Source of the DNA: Antedon mediterranea
Taxonomy: Eukaryota; Animalia; Echinodermata
Assembly (NCBI RefSeq): GCF_964355755.1
Contig: NC_092674.1
Location: 29,884,001 to 29,948,000, forward strand
Length of the DNA: 64,000 nt
Reading direction: 5' to 3'
Shown: in pieces, positions 62,204 to 64,000 of the stretch
Position numbering within the stretch: position 1 is the stretch's first letter
How the letters are laid out: each line of letters begins with the position of its first letter
Notes under the pieces: model-generated
Databases searched by the model: none
The model's input: the letters and a program-made list of their open reading frames with translations, nothing else
What the model was told of the DNA's origin: nothing
Translations under genes and position numbers: made by a program

Positions 62204-63578
62204 CAGTATATACAGTATTATGTATTATATACAGTATTATGTACAGTATTATGTATTATATACAGTATTATGTATTATATACAGTATTATGTATTATATA
62301 CAGTATTATATACAGTATTATGTATTATATACAGTATTATGTATTATATACAGTATTATGTATTATATACAGTATTATGTATTGTATTATGTATTATATA
62401 CAGTATTATGTATTATATACAGTATTATGTATTATATACAGTATTATGTATTATATACAGTATTATGTATTATATACAGTATTATGTATTATATACAGTA
62501 TTATGTATTATATACAGTATTATGTATTATATACAGTATTATGTATTGTATTATGTATTATATACAGTATTATGTATTGTATTATGTATTATATACAGTA
62601 TTATGTATTATATACAGTATTATATACAGTATTATGTATTATATACAGTATTATGTATTATATACAGTATTATGTATTATATACAGTATTATATACAGTA
62701 TTATGTATTATATACAGTATTATGTATTATATACAGTATTATGTATTATATACAGTATTATGTATTGTATTATGTATTATATACAGTATTATGTATTATA
62801 TACAGTATTATATACAGTATTATGTATTATATACAGTATTATGTATTATATACAGTATTATGTATTATATACAGTATTATGTACAGTATTATGTATTATA
62901 TACAGTATTATGTATTATATACAGTATTATGTACAGTATTATGTATTATATACAGTATTATGTATTATATACAGTATTATATACAGTATTATGTACAGTA
63001 TTATGTATTATATACAGTATTATGTATTATATACAGTATTATGTATTATATACAGTATTATGTATTATATACAGTATTATATACAGTATTATGTATTATA
63101 TACAGTATTATGTATTATATACAGTATTATGTATTATATACAGTATTATGTATTATATACAGTATTATGTATTATATACAGTATTATGTATTGTATTATG
63201 TATTATATACAGTATTATGTATTATGTACAGTATTATGTATTATATACAGTATTATGTACAGTATTATGTATTATGTACAGTATTATGTATTATATACAG
63301 TATTATGTATTATATACAGTATTATGTATTATATACAGTATTATGTATTATATACAGTATTATGTATTATATACAGTATTATGTATTATATACAGTATTA
63401 TGTATTATATACAGTATTATGTATTATATACAGTATTATGTATTATATACAGTATTATGTATTATATACAGTATTATGTATTATATACAGTATTATGTAT
63501 TATATACAGTATTATGTATTATATACAGTATTATGTATTATATACAGTATTATGTATTATATACAGTATTATGTATTA
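62204..63578. repeat. 19-bp satellite with shorter variants
   Basis: TATGTATTATATACAGTAT; explains the three stop-free repetitive ORFs. Confidence 0.97.
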
Positions 63579-64000
63579 TTTTGTAATCTAAATAGGAGAA
63601 ATTCAAAAGGAATTTACTTTTAGTAAAGTAACTACAAAACAAAGAAAGCAAGTTTCCCATTACCATGTTTCCACATGTCCTTTTTAATTTAGTTATTGGT
63701 AAAATTAGCAGTTAATTCAGTTATTTTAATCACTTTACCATTTAACTGAAGTCATGCTTTGGTTACAGTATTTCTGCAGCATATGTTAAATCCATTGACA
63801 TGATACAGCTATTACATTTACATGTTGCACCTGTTATTTCTGATTAAGGTGTACTTTTTAATGAATTTCCCTTGTATCTGAAGGCTTTATTCATTTTACT
63901 ACTGAGAGTTATATATTGCAAAAGCGACTGTAGGAGAACATTGCCAAGCTTTTTGTTAACACTTGGTACTTGTTTGTACACTTAAGCACATAGGTCATAC

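Noticed and set aside
62159-63623. Three overlapping 450-475-aa ORFs
   Set aside because: Translation of a 19-bp satellite lacking stop codons on the plus strand; Y/I/V/C low complexity

Overview
AT-rich, intron-containing animal DNA (invertebrate-like; species not determinable from sequence). Six conserved protein-coding genes can be assembled exon by exon with consistent splice phases. These are the 3' half of OGT (+), a GAB/DOS docking adaptor (-, about 776 aa, 21.7-kb first intron, one GC-AG intron), CAPN15/SOL calpain (+, about 1137 aa, 7 RanBP2-type zinc fingers), LRRC59 (-, about 298 aa), PAM16 (+, about 132 aa, ATG-only first coding exon) and GLIS2 (-). GAB/CAPN15 and LRRC59/PAM16 are head-to-head; PAM16/GLIS2 are tail-to-tail as in human. 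Non-coding DNA carries about 16 copies of one Tourist/PIF-like MITE, several other non-autonomous DNA transposons with intact TIR+TSD, SINE fragments and many tandem repeats. No transposase ORF, rRNA, real tRNA or CRISPR array was seen, and I found no convincing new multi-gene system. The best leads are pervasive TACAGTA/TACTGTA Tc1/mariner-type excision scars (with two internal 5-bp indel controls), a ZIC/GLIS site cluster inside GLIS2, inverted MITE pairs bracketing exons, and a multi-branch hairpin in an OGT intron. All coordinates were read by eye.
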